DNA from: an uncultured Gammaproteobacteria bacterium
Lineage (GTDB): Bacteria > Patescibacteriota > Microgenomatia > JAMCZE01
Assembly (NCBI GenBank): GCA_964576435.1
Contig: CAZNUP010000001.1
Coordinates: 34,345-98,344 of the forward strand
Length of the DNA: 64,000 nucleotides
Reading direction: 5' to 3'
Notes under the pieces: generated by a model
What the model was told of the DNA's origin: nothing
The model's input: only the letters and a program-made list of their open reading frames with translations
The model's database searches: none
Part shown: piece by piece, positions 55,899 through 64,000 of the stretch
Layout of the letters: every line of letters starts with the position of its first letter
How positions within the stretch are numbered: the stretch's first letter is position 1
Translations under genes and position numbers: made by a program

Positions 55899-57174
55899 TT
55901 CCGTACTGCGCAAGAACTTGAGAAACCCCAGCCGAAACTGTCTCGAGTGCCTCGCTAGTCCCCCCTCCTCCAAGAACTGCGTTAACAGCATCTTGGTAAT
56001 ATTTACCAACCCTTGAGTTGATTCCAGTTTCTCCATCAAATGTAAATCCATCCAAATACCAACTCTGAGAAGTTGGAGCTTGTGAAACAACTATTCCAAC
56101 TACTGGATCACCAGTAACCATATTTGCCATATCTACTCGTGAGTAAGGTTCTCCAAACTCTCGAATCTTAGATTCCGCCGAATACATCTTGGTAAGTGCC
56201 TCTTTGGAAGACAAATACTTTAGAAATTCAAAAGCCGCTGCCTGATTCTTGCTCTTCTTAGAAACTGCCTCTGCCCAATAAGTTGCATAAGTAACTGGAG
56301 TTGAATTGGCAAGTTGTGGAACTGGAGCCACCTGGAAATTTAAATCAGGGTTAATACCCTTAATATCAAAATATCTCCAAGATGGCCCAAAAAATGCTCC
56401 CACTTTTCCAGTCGCAAACGCCAAAGTAGAATTGTCCAGTGTTTCATTCCACTGATTGTCAGAGTTAACAAATCCAGTGTAAAACCCAAGCGCTTCCGCG
56501 GCTTGTGGCAAACTCGGGTCTTGGTTTAAATTCACTCCCGCTTGAAGCATCATCAAGGCTAAAATTTCCTGCCAATTATCAACATTTGAAGCTGTTCCTA
56601 AAGCAGTACCTGAAGTGCTAATCCGCCCTGACGAATCAGTAACTGTAAGTCCTTGAGTTACAGCAGAGAAATCTTCCCAAGTTGTTGGAATTGTCGCTCC
56701 GCCTGCAGTAAATATGTCGCTATTTACATACATTAAAATATTGTCAATTTCTAAAGGCACTGCCCATACTTGTTTCCCATCAGTTAAATCGGTTGAGGCT
56801 ACCGGATAAAATGTCTTTTGGAAATCATTAATTGGATAGGTGTTGGAGGGGAAAGGTGCCAGGTAATTTTTCATCATTGGCATCCACGAATTGTGAATTC
56901 GAACAATATCAGGTCCATTTCCTCCAGAAAGTGCTGAAGTAAGCCTTTCTCTGTACCCTGTCTGGGACATTTTCTGGTATTTAATTGTTACATTGGGATG
57001 TGTTTTCTTATAATCAGCAATCACTTCCTGGTAAACCGATTCCGGTTCCCAAAGTCCCCAATAAGTTAAGGTAACGGGTCCAGAATTTTTGAAAACAGTC
57101 GATACCACAAGCGCAATTACGACAAGAAGCACTAGTACTCCCCCACCAATAAGTAGCAAAATCTTTTTATTCAT
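55882..57174 (-). CDS. ABC transporter extracellular solute-binding protein (family 1, sugar-type); orphan
   Basis: The start is trimmed to MNKKILLL, which gives a signal anchor. No adjacent permease or ATPase genes are present. Confidence 0.65.
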   Translation of the reverse strand: MNKKILLLIGGGVLVLLVVIALVVSTVFKNSGPVTLTYWGLWEPESVYQEVIADYKKTHPNVTIKYQKMSQTGYRERLTSALSGGNGPDIVRIHNSWMPMMKNYLAPFPSNTYPINDFQKTFYPVASTDLTDGKQVWAVPLEIDNILMYVNSDIFTAGGATIPTTWEDFSAVTQGLTVTDSSGRISTSGTALGTASNVDNWQEILALMMLQAGVNLNQDPSLPQAAEALGFYTGFVNSDNQWNETLDNSTLAFATGKVGAFFGPSWRYFDIKGINPDLNFQVAPVPQLANSTPVTYATYWAEAVSKKSKNQAAAFEFLKYLSSKEALTKMYSAESKIREFGEPYSRVDMANMVTGDPVVGIVVSQAPTSQSWYLDGFTFDGETGINSRVGKYYQDAVNAVLGGGGTSEALETVSAGVSQVLAQYGIISSR

Positions 57175-57205
57175 GAGTTCCGCTGGTACAATATAGGCTA
57201 ACAAA

Positions 57206-58603
57206 ATGCCGAAACTTTCGCAACACCTGCCACAACCAATAAGATTTGCCCTTTTCTTCCTATTAGGAGCCTTAGGAACCGCTCTGGTTCTTGGAGCTGC
57301 AATCTATCTTTTCTTTACCTATCATTACCAAAATCGAATTTTTACAGGAGTCAGGGTAAATTCAATTGATGTTTCTGATCTAACAAAAGTGGAAGCAAAA
57401 AATAGACTAGCCTCTCTCACTAAAGATGGTTCTTTAACAATTGGCTCCACTTCCGGTTCCCTCTCAGAAGTAGATGTTAAACCAGACACCAATCTTATGG
57501 TAGACAGGGCTTTTTCAGTTGGCCGCCAAAACAACAACCCTTATTGGAATCTTCTCCAAATTTACTCTGCTTGGCAAGGAAACATCAATCTCCCTTTAGA
57601 GTTGTCACTTGATGACCAGCTTTTAAAGAAAATGGTAGCAAAAGAAGCAACAAATATTGAAAAAACACCAATAGACGCAGTTTTTGAGTTTAACGAAACC
57701 GCTGGTCCAGATGCTAAAGGCAGAGTCAGCACTTTTAAACCCTCGAGTGACGGACTAGCCGTAGACTACGCCCAAATTACTTCTGATATTCTCTCCCAAG
57801 CTAAACAAACAAATAGTGTATTTGTTCCCCTCTATACAAAAGTGGTCCACCCAAGTATTCAAACCTCAGCTGCCGAGAAATACGGTCTCCATGATCACCT
57901 GGGATCAGGTGAATCCTATTTCTATGATTCAATCCCAGGTCGCGTCTACAACATTAATCTAGGCACCCAAAAAGTCTCCGGCAGTTTAATTGCTCCAGGA
58001 GACACTTTCTCCTTCAATGATTCAATTGGCACAATTTCCGCTCTCTTTGGTTTTCAAAAAGCCTATTCAATTATTAAAGGCAAAACTGTATTAGATGATG
58101 GTGGTGGAGTTTGCCAAGTTTCCACTACTCTATACAGAGCCGCATTGAATTCAGGATTACCAATTGTAGAACGCGCCGCTCACGCCTATAGAGTCGGTTT
58201 TTACGAACAGGGTGGATTTAAGCCTGGTATGGACGCAACTGTCTATCCCCCTAGTCCAGATTTCAAATTTAAAAATGACACCGGCCATTGGCTTCTAATT
58301 CAAGCTACATTTGACGACCCAAATAAAAAACTAACCTTTGACATTTTTGGCACCGATGACGGCAGACTTACTAAAATTGAGGGTCCAGTTATTCTGTCTC
58401 AAACTCCAGCCCCAGAACCAATAACAGAAGACGATCCAACAAAGCCAAATGGCACTATAACCCAAGTTGACACAGCTCATCCTGGGGCAAAAACCTCATT
58501 CACAAGAACAGTAACAAGAGGCAATGAAACTTTAATAAACGAAACTGTAGTTACAAATTATATTCCTTGGCCAGCAAGGTTTTTAAAGGGCACAAAAACT
58601 TAA
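57206..58603 (+). CDS. VanW-family protein
   Basis: C-terminal VanW domain (GGGVCQVSTTLYRAALNSGLPIVER). Confidence 0.75.
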   Translation: MPKLSQHLPQPIRFALFFLLGALGTALVLGAAIYLFFTYHYQNRIFTGVRVNSIDVSDLTKVEAKNRLASLTKDGSLTIGSTSGSLSEVDVKPDTNLMVDRAFSVGRQNNNPYWNLLQIYSAWQGNINLPLELSLDDQLLKKMVAKEATNIEKTPIDAVFEFNETAGPDAKGRVSTFKPSSDGLAVDYAQITSDILSQAKQTNSVFVPLYTKVVHPSIQTSAAEKYGLHDHLGSGESYFYDSIPGRVYNINLGTQKVSGSLIAPGDTFSFNDSIGTISALFGFQKAYSIIKGKTVLDDGGGVCQVSTTLYRAALNSGLPIVERAAHAYRVGFYEQGGFKPGMDATVYPPSPDFKFKNDTGHWLLIQATFDDPNKKLTFDIFGTDDGRLTKIEGPVILSQTPAPEPITEDDPTKPNGTITQVDTAHPGAKTSFTRTVTRGNETLINETVVTNYIPWPARFLKGTKT

Positions 58604-58604
58604 T

Positions 58605-59639
58605 ATGACGATCTTAGGAATTGAAACCACATGTGATGAAACAGCCGTGGCCCTTGTTGAAAATGGCACAGTTTTAAAAACTACGATATTAGCAACAAGT
58701 CTTGATATTCATATCAAATATGGAGGAATAGTTCCTGATAAAGCTGCGAGAGAACAACTACAATCAATTCTACCAATCCTAACTGAAGCCCTGAAGAATA
58801 CCAATCCTTCAAAAATTGATGCGATTGCAGTTTCCTATGGTCCAGGTCTCATAGGTAGTCTATTAATTGGGGTTGAAACAGCTAAGTCTTTAGCTCTCGC
58901 CTGGAATAAACCCCTAATTCCCGTTAACCACTTAATTGGTCATATTTATGCCAACTGGTTAACCTCAGGTATTGAAGGTGTTAATTACGTTCAAGGCATA
59001 CCTGAGTTTCCAGCTTTAGTTCTTCTCGTTTCCGGAGGGCATTCCGAATTAATTTTAATGAAAGGACACAAACAATTCGAGCTTCTAGGTTCAACTAGAG
59101 ATGATGCCTCGGGTGAATGTTTTGATAAATGTGGCAGACTTTTAAGCCTACCTTATCCATACGGTCCTTATGTTGAAAAATTAGCACTAGAACATGACCC
59201 ACAATCAAAAGAGTTCTCAATCAAACTTCCCCGTCCAATGTTGAGTTCAAATGACCTAAACTTCTCGTTCTCTGGCCTAAAAACCGCTTTTCTATATGAA
59301 TTTAAAAACCAGCAAAACTTGGGGAATGTTAGTGAACAATTTAAAGCTGCTCTGGCCTATGAACTCCAAGAAGCCATTACTGATGTGCTAGTCACCAAAA
59401 CTTTAAATGCAGCTGCTAGATTTCATCCCAAATCAATTCTACTAGCTGGAGGGGTTGCCGCAAATAAAAGATTGCGAGAAAAAATGCAAAACTCAGTAAA
59501 AGATATTCCCCTTTTCATTCCTCCTCTAAAACTTTGCACAGATAACGCCGCCGTAATTGCCAGTTCCGCTTTTTTTAATCAAAATGTGACAGAAATTGAA
59601 GAAGTTAATGCCGATCCAAGTTTAACTATTACTTCCTAG
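58605..59639 (+). CDS. tsaD: tRNA N6-adenosine threonylcarbamoyltransferase
   Basis: ILGIETTCDETAVAL and Kae1/TsaD family motifs. 344 aa. Confidence 0.9.
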   Translation: MTILGIETTCDETAVALVENGTVLKTTILATSLDIHIKYGGIVPDKAAREQLQSILPILTEALKNTNPSKIDAIAVSYGPGLIGSLLIGVETAKSLALAWNKPLIPVNHLIGHIYANWLTSGIEGVNYVQGIPEFPALVLLVSGGHSELILMKGHKQFELLGSTRDDASGECFDKCGRLLSLPYPYGPYVEKLALEHDPQSKEFSIKLPRPMLSSNDLNFSFSGLKTAFLYEFKNQQNLGNVSEQFKAALAYELQEAITDVLVTKTLNAAARFHPKSILLAGGVAANKRLREKMQNSVKDIPLFIPPLKLCTDNAAVIASSAFFNQNVTEIEEVNADPSLTITS

Positions 59640-60873
59640 TCTTTTTCCTAGTTGTCCCAGATGCTTCAGCGGGTGTAACTTTTGAAGGTTCTTTCAAAGT
59701 AATCATTTCTTTGTGTCTATAAGATAGAACCATCCCTCCAAACCCAATAATCACAACCGCCACATAGATAATCCGACCAATAATTGGAATTAATCCTAAG
59801 ATAAAGAAAATAAATAGCCCAAGAACTATTGCCCACCCTCTTCTATCTCCAAATTTCTTTAAAAGCACTGCTCTCCCAATTACAAACGCCATTACAAATT
59901 GTGCAGCCACAAACGCAAGGTAAGTAACAACAACCAGAAGAAAACTAATTGGAATCCCCACAATTGTTATTGCTAAAAGAACAGCAACTACTGGAACTAC
60001 TAAAATCACCAAGATCCCCCAGCCAAATGACGCTACTGGTTCTTTAGAAACGGCTACTGCTACCTTTTCAAAGTATTTAGGAAATAGTCCTAAAAATAAA
60101 ACCCCAAGCAGCGCCGACACCAAAAACCCACCAAATTCTACAAACGGCTTAATTTTCTCAAAAACTAAAAACGCTCCGCTAGCTCCGAAAAATCTAGGAA
60201 ACTCCTCATCTTTATTAATCTTTTCGTAAGCAATCCTACCTGCGACAGTTGCACCATCTTGTACGACAACTTGGTTATTTCCAGTATATTTAAGATCACC
60301 TGAAACCGACGAGCTTGGTCCTAAAATAAACTCCTGGTTAGCAACGACAAATGCTTCATTGGTAATTGGTGAATTAAGGTAAAGCCTTCCTCCAAAATAT
60401 CTAAATCCCTTGCCAATAACAGGAGCGGCTATGTCCGCATTCCCAGCTGATACTAAAAGACTCCCCGACACACTAGCTTGTTTAGTGACGGTGCAGTTTC
60501 CACAAACAAGTAAAACATTCCTCCCAACAGGACCGTTCAAAACCACATCTCCCCCTAATATTCGAACACTATTCCCTACTTCCCCATTAACTGTTACTTT
60601 TCCACCAACCACAAAAAGGTCGCCATCAATTTTCCCATTAACTGTAACTAGCCCCCCCGCTAGAAACGCATCCCCAGTGATATGTCCATCAACTCGTACC
60701 TGTTCAGCTGCTCTGATATAGTCCGCGCTAATTACTTGATTAGCCGGAAGAAGGTCATATTTGTCCTGTGCATAGACATTTGAAGCAAAAAAAACAAAAC
60801 AAAAGGTAAAAGCAATAAAAGTAAAAAATCTCTTCATTTCCCGAATCTTATGGGTGCAATTTGAGTTTGTCAA
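59629..60873 (-). CDS. Bactofilin-like (DUF583 beta-helix repeat) protein fused to a C-terminal polytopic membrane domain
   Basis: Signal peptide. Repeated hGGxVxVxG beta-helix units (VTVNGKIDGDLFVVGGKVTVNGEVG...) are followed by about 5 TM segments. Confidence 0.5.
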   Translation of the reverse strand: MTNSNCTHKIREMKRFFTFIAFTFCFVFFASNVYAQDKYDLLPANQVISADYIRAAEQVRVDGHITGDAFLAGGLVTVNGKIDGDLFVVGGKVTVNGEVGNSVRILGGDVVLNGPVGRNVLLVCGNCTVTKQASVSGSLLVSAGNADIAAPVIGKGFRYFGGRLYLNSPITNEAFVVANQEFILGPSSSVSGDLKYTGNNQVVVQDGATVAGRIAYEKINKDEEFPRFFGASGAFLVFEKIKPFVEFGGFLVSALLGVLFLGLFPKYFEKVAVAVSKEPVASFGWGILVILVVPVVAVLLAITIVGIPISFLLVVVTYLAFVAAQFVMAFVIGRAVLLKKFGDRRGWAIVLGLFIFFILGLIPIIGRIIYVAVVIIGFGGMVLSYRHKEMITLKEPSKVTPAEASGTTRKKTRK

Positions 60874-60895
60874 TAATTAGTAATAAAATATTCGT

Positions 60896-61084
60896 ATGTT
60901 AGAGAAAGACATGTCCATTTTTCAAATGCTGGGGAACACATTTAAAAGGCTACGTCCAGCAGCACCAATAAAAACAGTCAAAGAAGAATCTCATTTAAAG
61001 CTATCAGATGCCCAAGTTGAAAGTCTTAAAAGACAAACTGAAAGAGCTGCAGCAACCAATACACGTGACCAACAACCGGGGTAA
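60896..61084 (+). CDS. Small hypothetical protein (62 aa)
   Basis: ORF followed by a clean intrinsic terminator. No homology evidence. Confidence 0.25.
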   Translation: MLEKDMSIFQMLGNTFKRLRPAAPIKTVKEESHLKLSDAQVESLKRQTERAAATNTRDQQPG

Positions 61085-61107
61085 AAATGGCTATTGCTAA
61101 CCAACTC

Positions 61108-61131
61108 GCCCGCTAAAATGCGGGTTTTTTT
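61108..61131 (+). terminator. Rho-independent terminator (GCCCGC-taaaat-GCGGG + T7)
   Basis: Seen directly in the sequence, upstream of valS. Confidence 0.6.
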
Positions 61132-61154
61132 ATTTTTTAGAGTAAAATACATCT

Positions 61155-63431
61155 ATGGACCCAAAATACGATCATTCACAAGTTGAATCCAAAACCTACG
61201 AAATGTGGGAAAAAGGCGGTTTTTTTAAACCAGCCGGAAATCCAAACAAAGAACCATTCTCAATTCTTCTTCCCCCACCAAACGCTAATGCCGACCTTCA
61301 TTTTGGTCATGCCATGTATACAGTTGAAGACATCCTAATTAGATTTCACCGCATGTTAGGTAATCCAACCCTTTGGGTTCCAGGCGCAGATCATGCCGGT
61401 TTTGAAACTCAAGTAGTCTATGAGAAGCATTTAGCAAAAGAGGGTAAAAGTCGTTTTGACTTCGATCGCCAAACCCTCTACCAACAAATTTATGATTTTG
61501 TCATCAAAAATCGTTCTTCTATGCAAAACCAACTTAGAAGTTTGGGGTTCTCCCTCGATTGGTCTAGAGATATTTTGACAATCGATACTCAAGTTGTAAG
61601 CACTGTTTATGACACCTTCCAAAAAATGTTTGAAGACAAAGAAGAACTAGTCTATCGAGCCGACTATCTAGTTAACTATTGTCCAAAGTGCGGCACCACT
61701 TTTGCAGAACTTGAAATTGATCATATTGAAAGAAAAGATCCTCTCTACTACATGAACTATGGTCCGTTTGTCATTGCGACAGTTAGACCAGAAACTAAAT
61801 TTAGAGATACAGCTCTAGCTGTAAATCCAAAAGACAAAAGATACAAAAAATGGCTAGGTAAGACTTTGGAAATCCCAGGTCTTTTAGGTCCAATCACTAT
61901 GACAGTAATTGGCGACCCAGAAGTCGACCCAGAGTTTGGTACCGGTATTATGAAAGTTACCCCCGCTCATGATGCTCACGACTTTCAGCTTGGTAAAAAA
62001 TACGGTTTACCTGTTACCCCAATTATTGACCTCCAAGGAAGAATGGATTTTTCCTGGTTCCTTGAAAAGGAAGATATCCCTGAAAAATATCGCCTAAGAG
62101 CTGAAAAGTATCACGGACAAAAAGTCATGGCCGCTAGAGCGCTAATGGTTGAAGATCTTAAGGAAGACGGCCTAATTAACAAAATAGATGAAAATTACAC
62201 TCACTCGGTTTCTGTTTGCTATAAAGGTGGCCACGACATTGAACCAACCGTTTTACCAAATTGGTTCATAAAAGTTGATCCACTCAAAAAAGCTCCAGTA
62301 GCTTCTGTTAAAAAGGGTAAAGTAAAAATTTATCCAAAACGTTTTGAAAAAACCTATTTCGACTGGATGCAAAGAATGCACGACTGGCCAATTAGCCGTC
62401 AAACGGTTTGGGGTATTAGAATTCCTGTTTGGTATAAGGTAGAAGAAAACCCAAAAATTAAAATCGATTTCCTAGATAAAGAAAAAAATAAAGTTACTGG
62501 TCTTCTAAAAGAACTTTTAGAAAAATATTCTTTTGCAGAAATTGAAGTTGGCCTTCAAAGACTTTATGCACCAAATGATGCCAAGTTTATTGTCTCTAAG
62601 ACAAAGCCAGGTGACAATTATCTACAGGAAACAGACACGTTCGATACTTGGTTTTCATCAGGTCAATGGCCATTAGTAACGCTAGGTTATCCAGATGGTG
62701 ATGATTTTAAGAAATTCTATCCTACGACAGTTATGGAAACCGGTTACGATATTCTAGAGTTTTGGGTTTCAAGAATGATGATGTTTGGATTTTACCTAAC
62801 TGGCAAGGAACCATTTAAAAATGTCTATCTACATGGTTTGGTTCGGGATTCAAAAGGACAAAAAATGAGTAAATCAAAAGGTAATGTAGTTAACCCAATG
62901 GAGCTAGTGCAAAAATATGGCGCTGATGCTGTAAGGTTTAGTTTAATAACTGGTGTAGGAGCTGGAGCTGATCAAAATCTTTCTGAACCAAAATTAATTT
63001 CTTCACGAAATTTCACAAATAAAGTTTGGAACATAGGACGCTTTATACAAATAACCATATTAAGCAAGGAAGTTCCAGAGTTTGATTCAAAAACACCTGA
63101 TCTAACAAAAGAAGATAAAGAAATACTTAAGTCTCTAGAGTTGACAACTAAAAATGTTACAAAAAATATTGAAGGTTTTAAATTTGGCGTAGCTAGTGAA
63201 GACCTCTATCAATTTATATGGCATGAATTTGCAGACAAATACATTGAGGCATCTAAAGATAGAATTAAAAATGGAGACACTACTGTTCTTTCTGTGCTTC
63301 TCCATGTTTATTCAAATTCTTTAAAACTTCTTCATCCATTCATGCCATTTATTACTGAAGAAATTTGGTCATTAATTCCACATAAAGAAACCACTCCTTT
63401 GATTGTTTCTTCCTGGCCATCTTCTAAATAA
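61155..63431 (+). CDS. valS: Valine--tRNA ligase (short form, 758 aa, lacking the C-terminal coiled-coil)
   Basis: PPPNANADLHFGHAM (the ValRS-type HIGH region) and KMSKSKGN. Confidence 0.8.
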   Translation: MDPKYDHSQVESKTYEMWEKGGFFKPAGNPNKEPFSILLPPPNANADLHFGHAMYTVEDILIRFHRMLGNPTLWVPGADHAGFETQVVYEKHLAKEGKSRFDFDRQTLYQQIYDFVIKNRSSMQNQLRSLGFSLDWSRDILTIDTQVVSTVYDTFQKMFEDKEELVYRADYLVNYCPKCGTTFAELEIDHIERKDPLYYMNYGPFVIATVRPETKFRDTALAVNPKDKRYKKWLGKTLEIPGLLGPITMTVIGDPEVDPEFGTGIMKVTPAHDAHDFQLGKKYGLPVTPIIDLQGRMDFSWFLEKEDIPEKYRLRAEKYHGQKVMAARALMVEDLKEDGLINKIDENYTHSVSVCYKGGHDIEPTVLPNWFIKVDPLKKAPVASVKKGKVKIYPKRFEKTYFDWMQRMHDWPISRQTVWGIRIPVWYKVEENPKIKIDFLDKEKNKVTGLLKELLEKYSFAEIEVGLQRLYAPNDAKFIVSKTKPGDNYLQETDTFDTWFSSGQWPLVTLGYPDGDDFKKFYPTTVMETGYDILEFWVSRMMMFGFYLTGKEPFKNVYLHGLVRDSKGQKMSKSKGNVVNPMELVQKYGADAVRFSLITGVGAGADQNLSEPKLISSRNFTNKVWNIGRFIQITILSKEVPEFDSKTPDLTKEDKEILKSLELTTKNVTKNIEGFKFGVASEDLYQFIWHEFADKYIEASKDRIKNGDTTVLSVLLHVYSNSLKLLHPFMPFITEEIWSLIPHKETTPLIVSSWPSSK

Positions 63432-63730
63432 TTTTAAAAGTCTTCCCGTAAGTAATCTTGTCTAAAATGCTGTCTAAAAATGTAATTATTTTTTTATTTG
63501 TTTGAGTTTAAAAAATTCACTCAAAAAACTGTAATGACATGAAAGCTCGAAAAAAATACATGGCCCATATGTAAGTACTTTTTCGTTTACCTTAAGGCTA
63601 AAGCCCCTATTTTATACGGCTATTTTAACTCCAAAGATTCGCCAGTTTCGCCTCAGAAGAAAAACCGAAAAGGATGTAAGTATTTTTGAATTCAAAAAAA
63701 GAAGGTTTCATGTCATGGTAAACTTGTGAT

Positions 63731-64000
63731 ATGAATTCACCTAGGTACTATCTAGAAAAAGCCACTCAAAGTTCAAATAAACTGGCATCTAGATATCTCC
63801 GCCGCCTGTCAAAAGAGTTAGTAATTTTCCTGCCAGTCATTCTGTTATTAGTGTTGGGGTTTAATTTTTTTTCAAAAACAACTGTCTTTGAAAAAACAAA
63901 AAATAAAGCATCAAAAAACCCTAAAAATTTTCAAGCAAAATTAGTTCTTGGTGATTTGCTTTTGCAAAATAATAATTTGGATTCTTCACAAAAAGAATTT
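63731..64000 (+). CDS. Partial ORF (N-terminal 90 aa) running off the window end. It has an N-terminal TM segment and possibly TPR-like repeats downstream.
   Basis: Open frame from the ATG at 63731 to the window end. There is a 300-bp AT-rich intergenic region upstream. Confidence 0.3.
   Translation, partial: MNSPRYYLEKATQSSNKLASRYLRRLSKELVIFLPVILLLVLGFNFFSKTTVFEKTKNKASKNPKNFQAKLVLGDLLLQNNNLDSSQKEF

Noticed and set aside
1-64000. Alternative genetic code (UGA recoding as in some CPR lineages)
   Set aside because: Long ORFs (1014, 888, 806, 791, 759 aa) are intact under the standard code, and genes terminate at TGA, TAA or TAG consistently. There is no evidence of recoding.
1-64000. CRISPR arrays, rRNA genes, IS elements
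   Set aside because: No regularly spaced direct repeats, no rRNA-like conserved stretches and no transposase-like ORFs were found on reading both strands.

Overview
This is a low-GC bacterial window (about 35-40% GC by eye), compact and gene-dense, and almost every call is a CDS. By inference the gene content is consistent with a reduced-genome Gram-positive-like bacterium, possibly CPR/Patescibacteria-like. The supporting features are shortened glycolytic enzymes, a split transketolase, a SemiSWEET, pilin-like proteins, a sortase-type sorting signal, and two class A PBPs. The standard genetic code applies, since long ORFs are intact with TGA acting as a stop.

The window contains these housekeeping blocks:
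- ftsH (5' partial, running off the window start), a tRNA-binding protein, and trpS.
- An nrdR-nrdA-nrdB operon with tandem NrdR-box-like palindromes upstream.
- Lower glycolysis: gap, pgk, eno, gpm, plus a D-2-hydroxyacid dehydrogenase.
- A pentose-phosphate block: fba, split tkt, rpe, rpiB, and a pfkB kinase.
- A cell-envelope glycosylation cluster: GT1, SemiSWEET, a large GT-C-like membrane protein, and two GT2 enzymes.
- Two PBP1A paralogs, an O-antigen-ligase-like gene flanked by two paralogous PKD-domain pilin-like proteins, a GH18-like protein, a SpoIID/LytB-like protein, VanW, tsaD, and valS.

The non-core part is roughly 4.2-13.4 kb. It holds:
- A bacterial SET-domain methyltransferase next to a tRNA-like structured element that has its own intrinsic terminator.
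- A degenerate Nudix protein.
- A GIY-YIG nuclease abutting a tRNA(CAU).
- A tyrosine recombinase.
- A tRNA with a UAU anticodon, an unusual AUA-decoding tRNA-Ile.
- An HTH plus LAGLIDADG-like protein.
- A three-gene minus-strand operon headed by a membrane-anchored VirD4/TraG-like (T4CP/FtsK-HerA superfamily) ATPase with a long N-terminal domain.
- A purine phosphoribosyltransferase (PRTase) with visibly higher GC and a different codon style.

No CRISPR array and no rRNA were seen.
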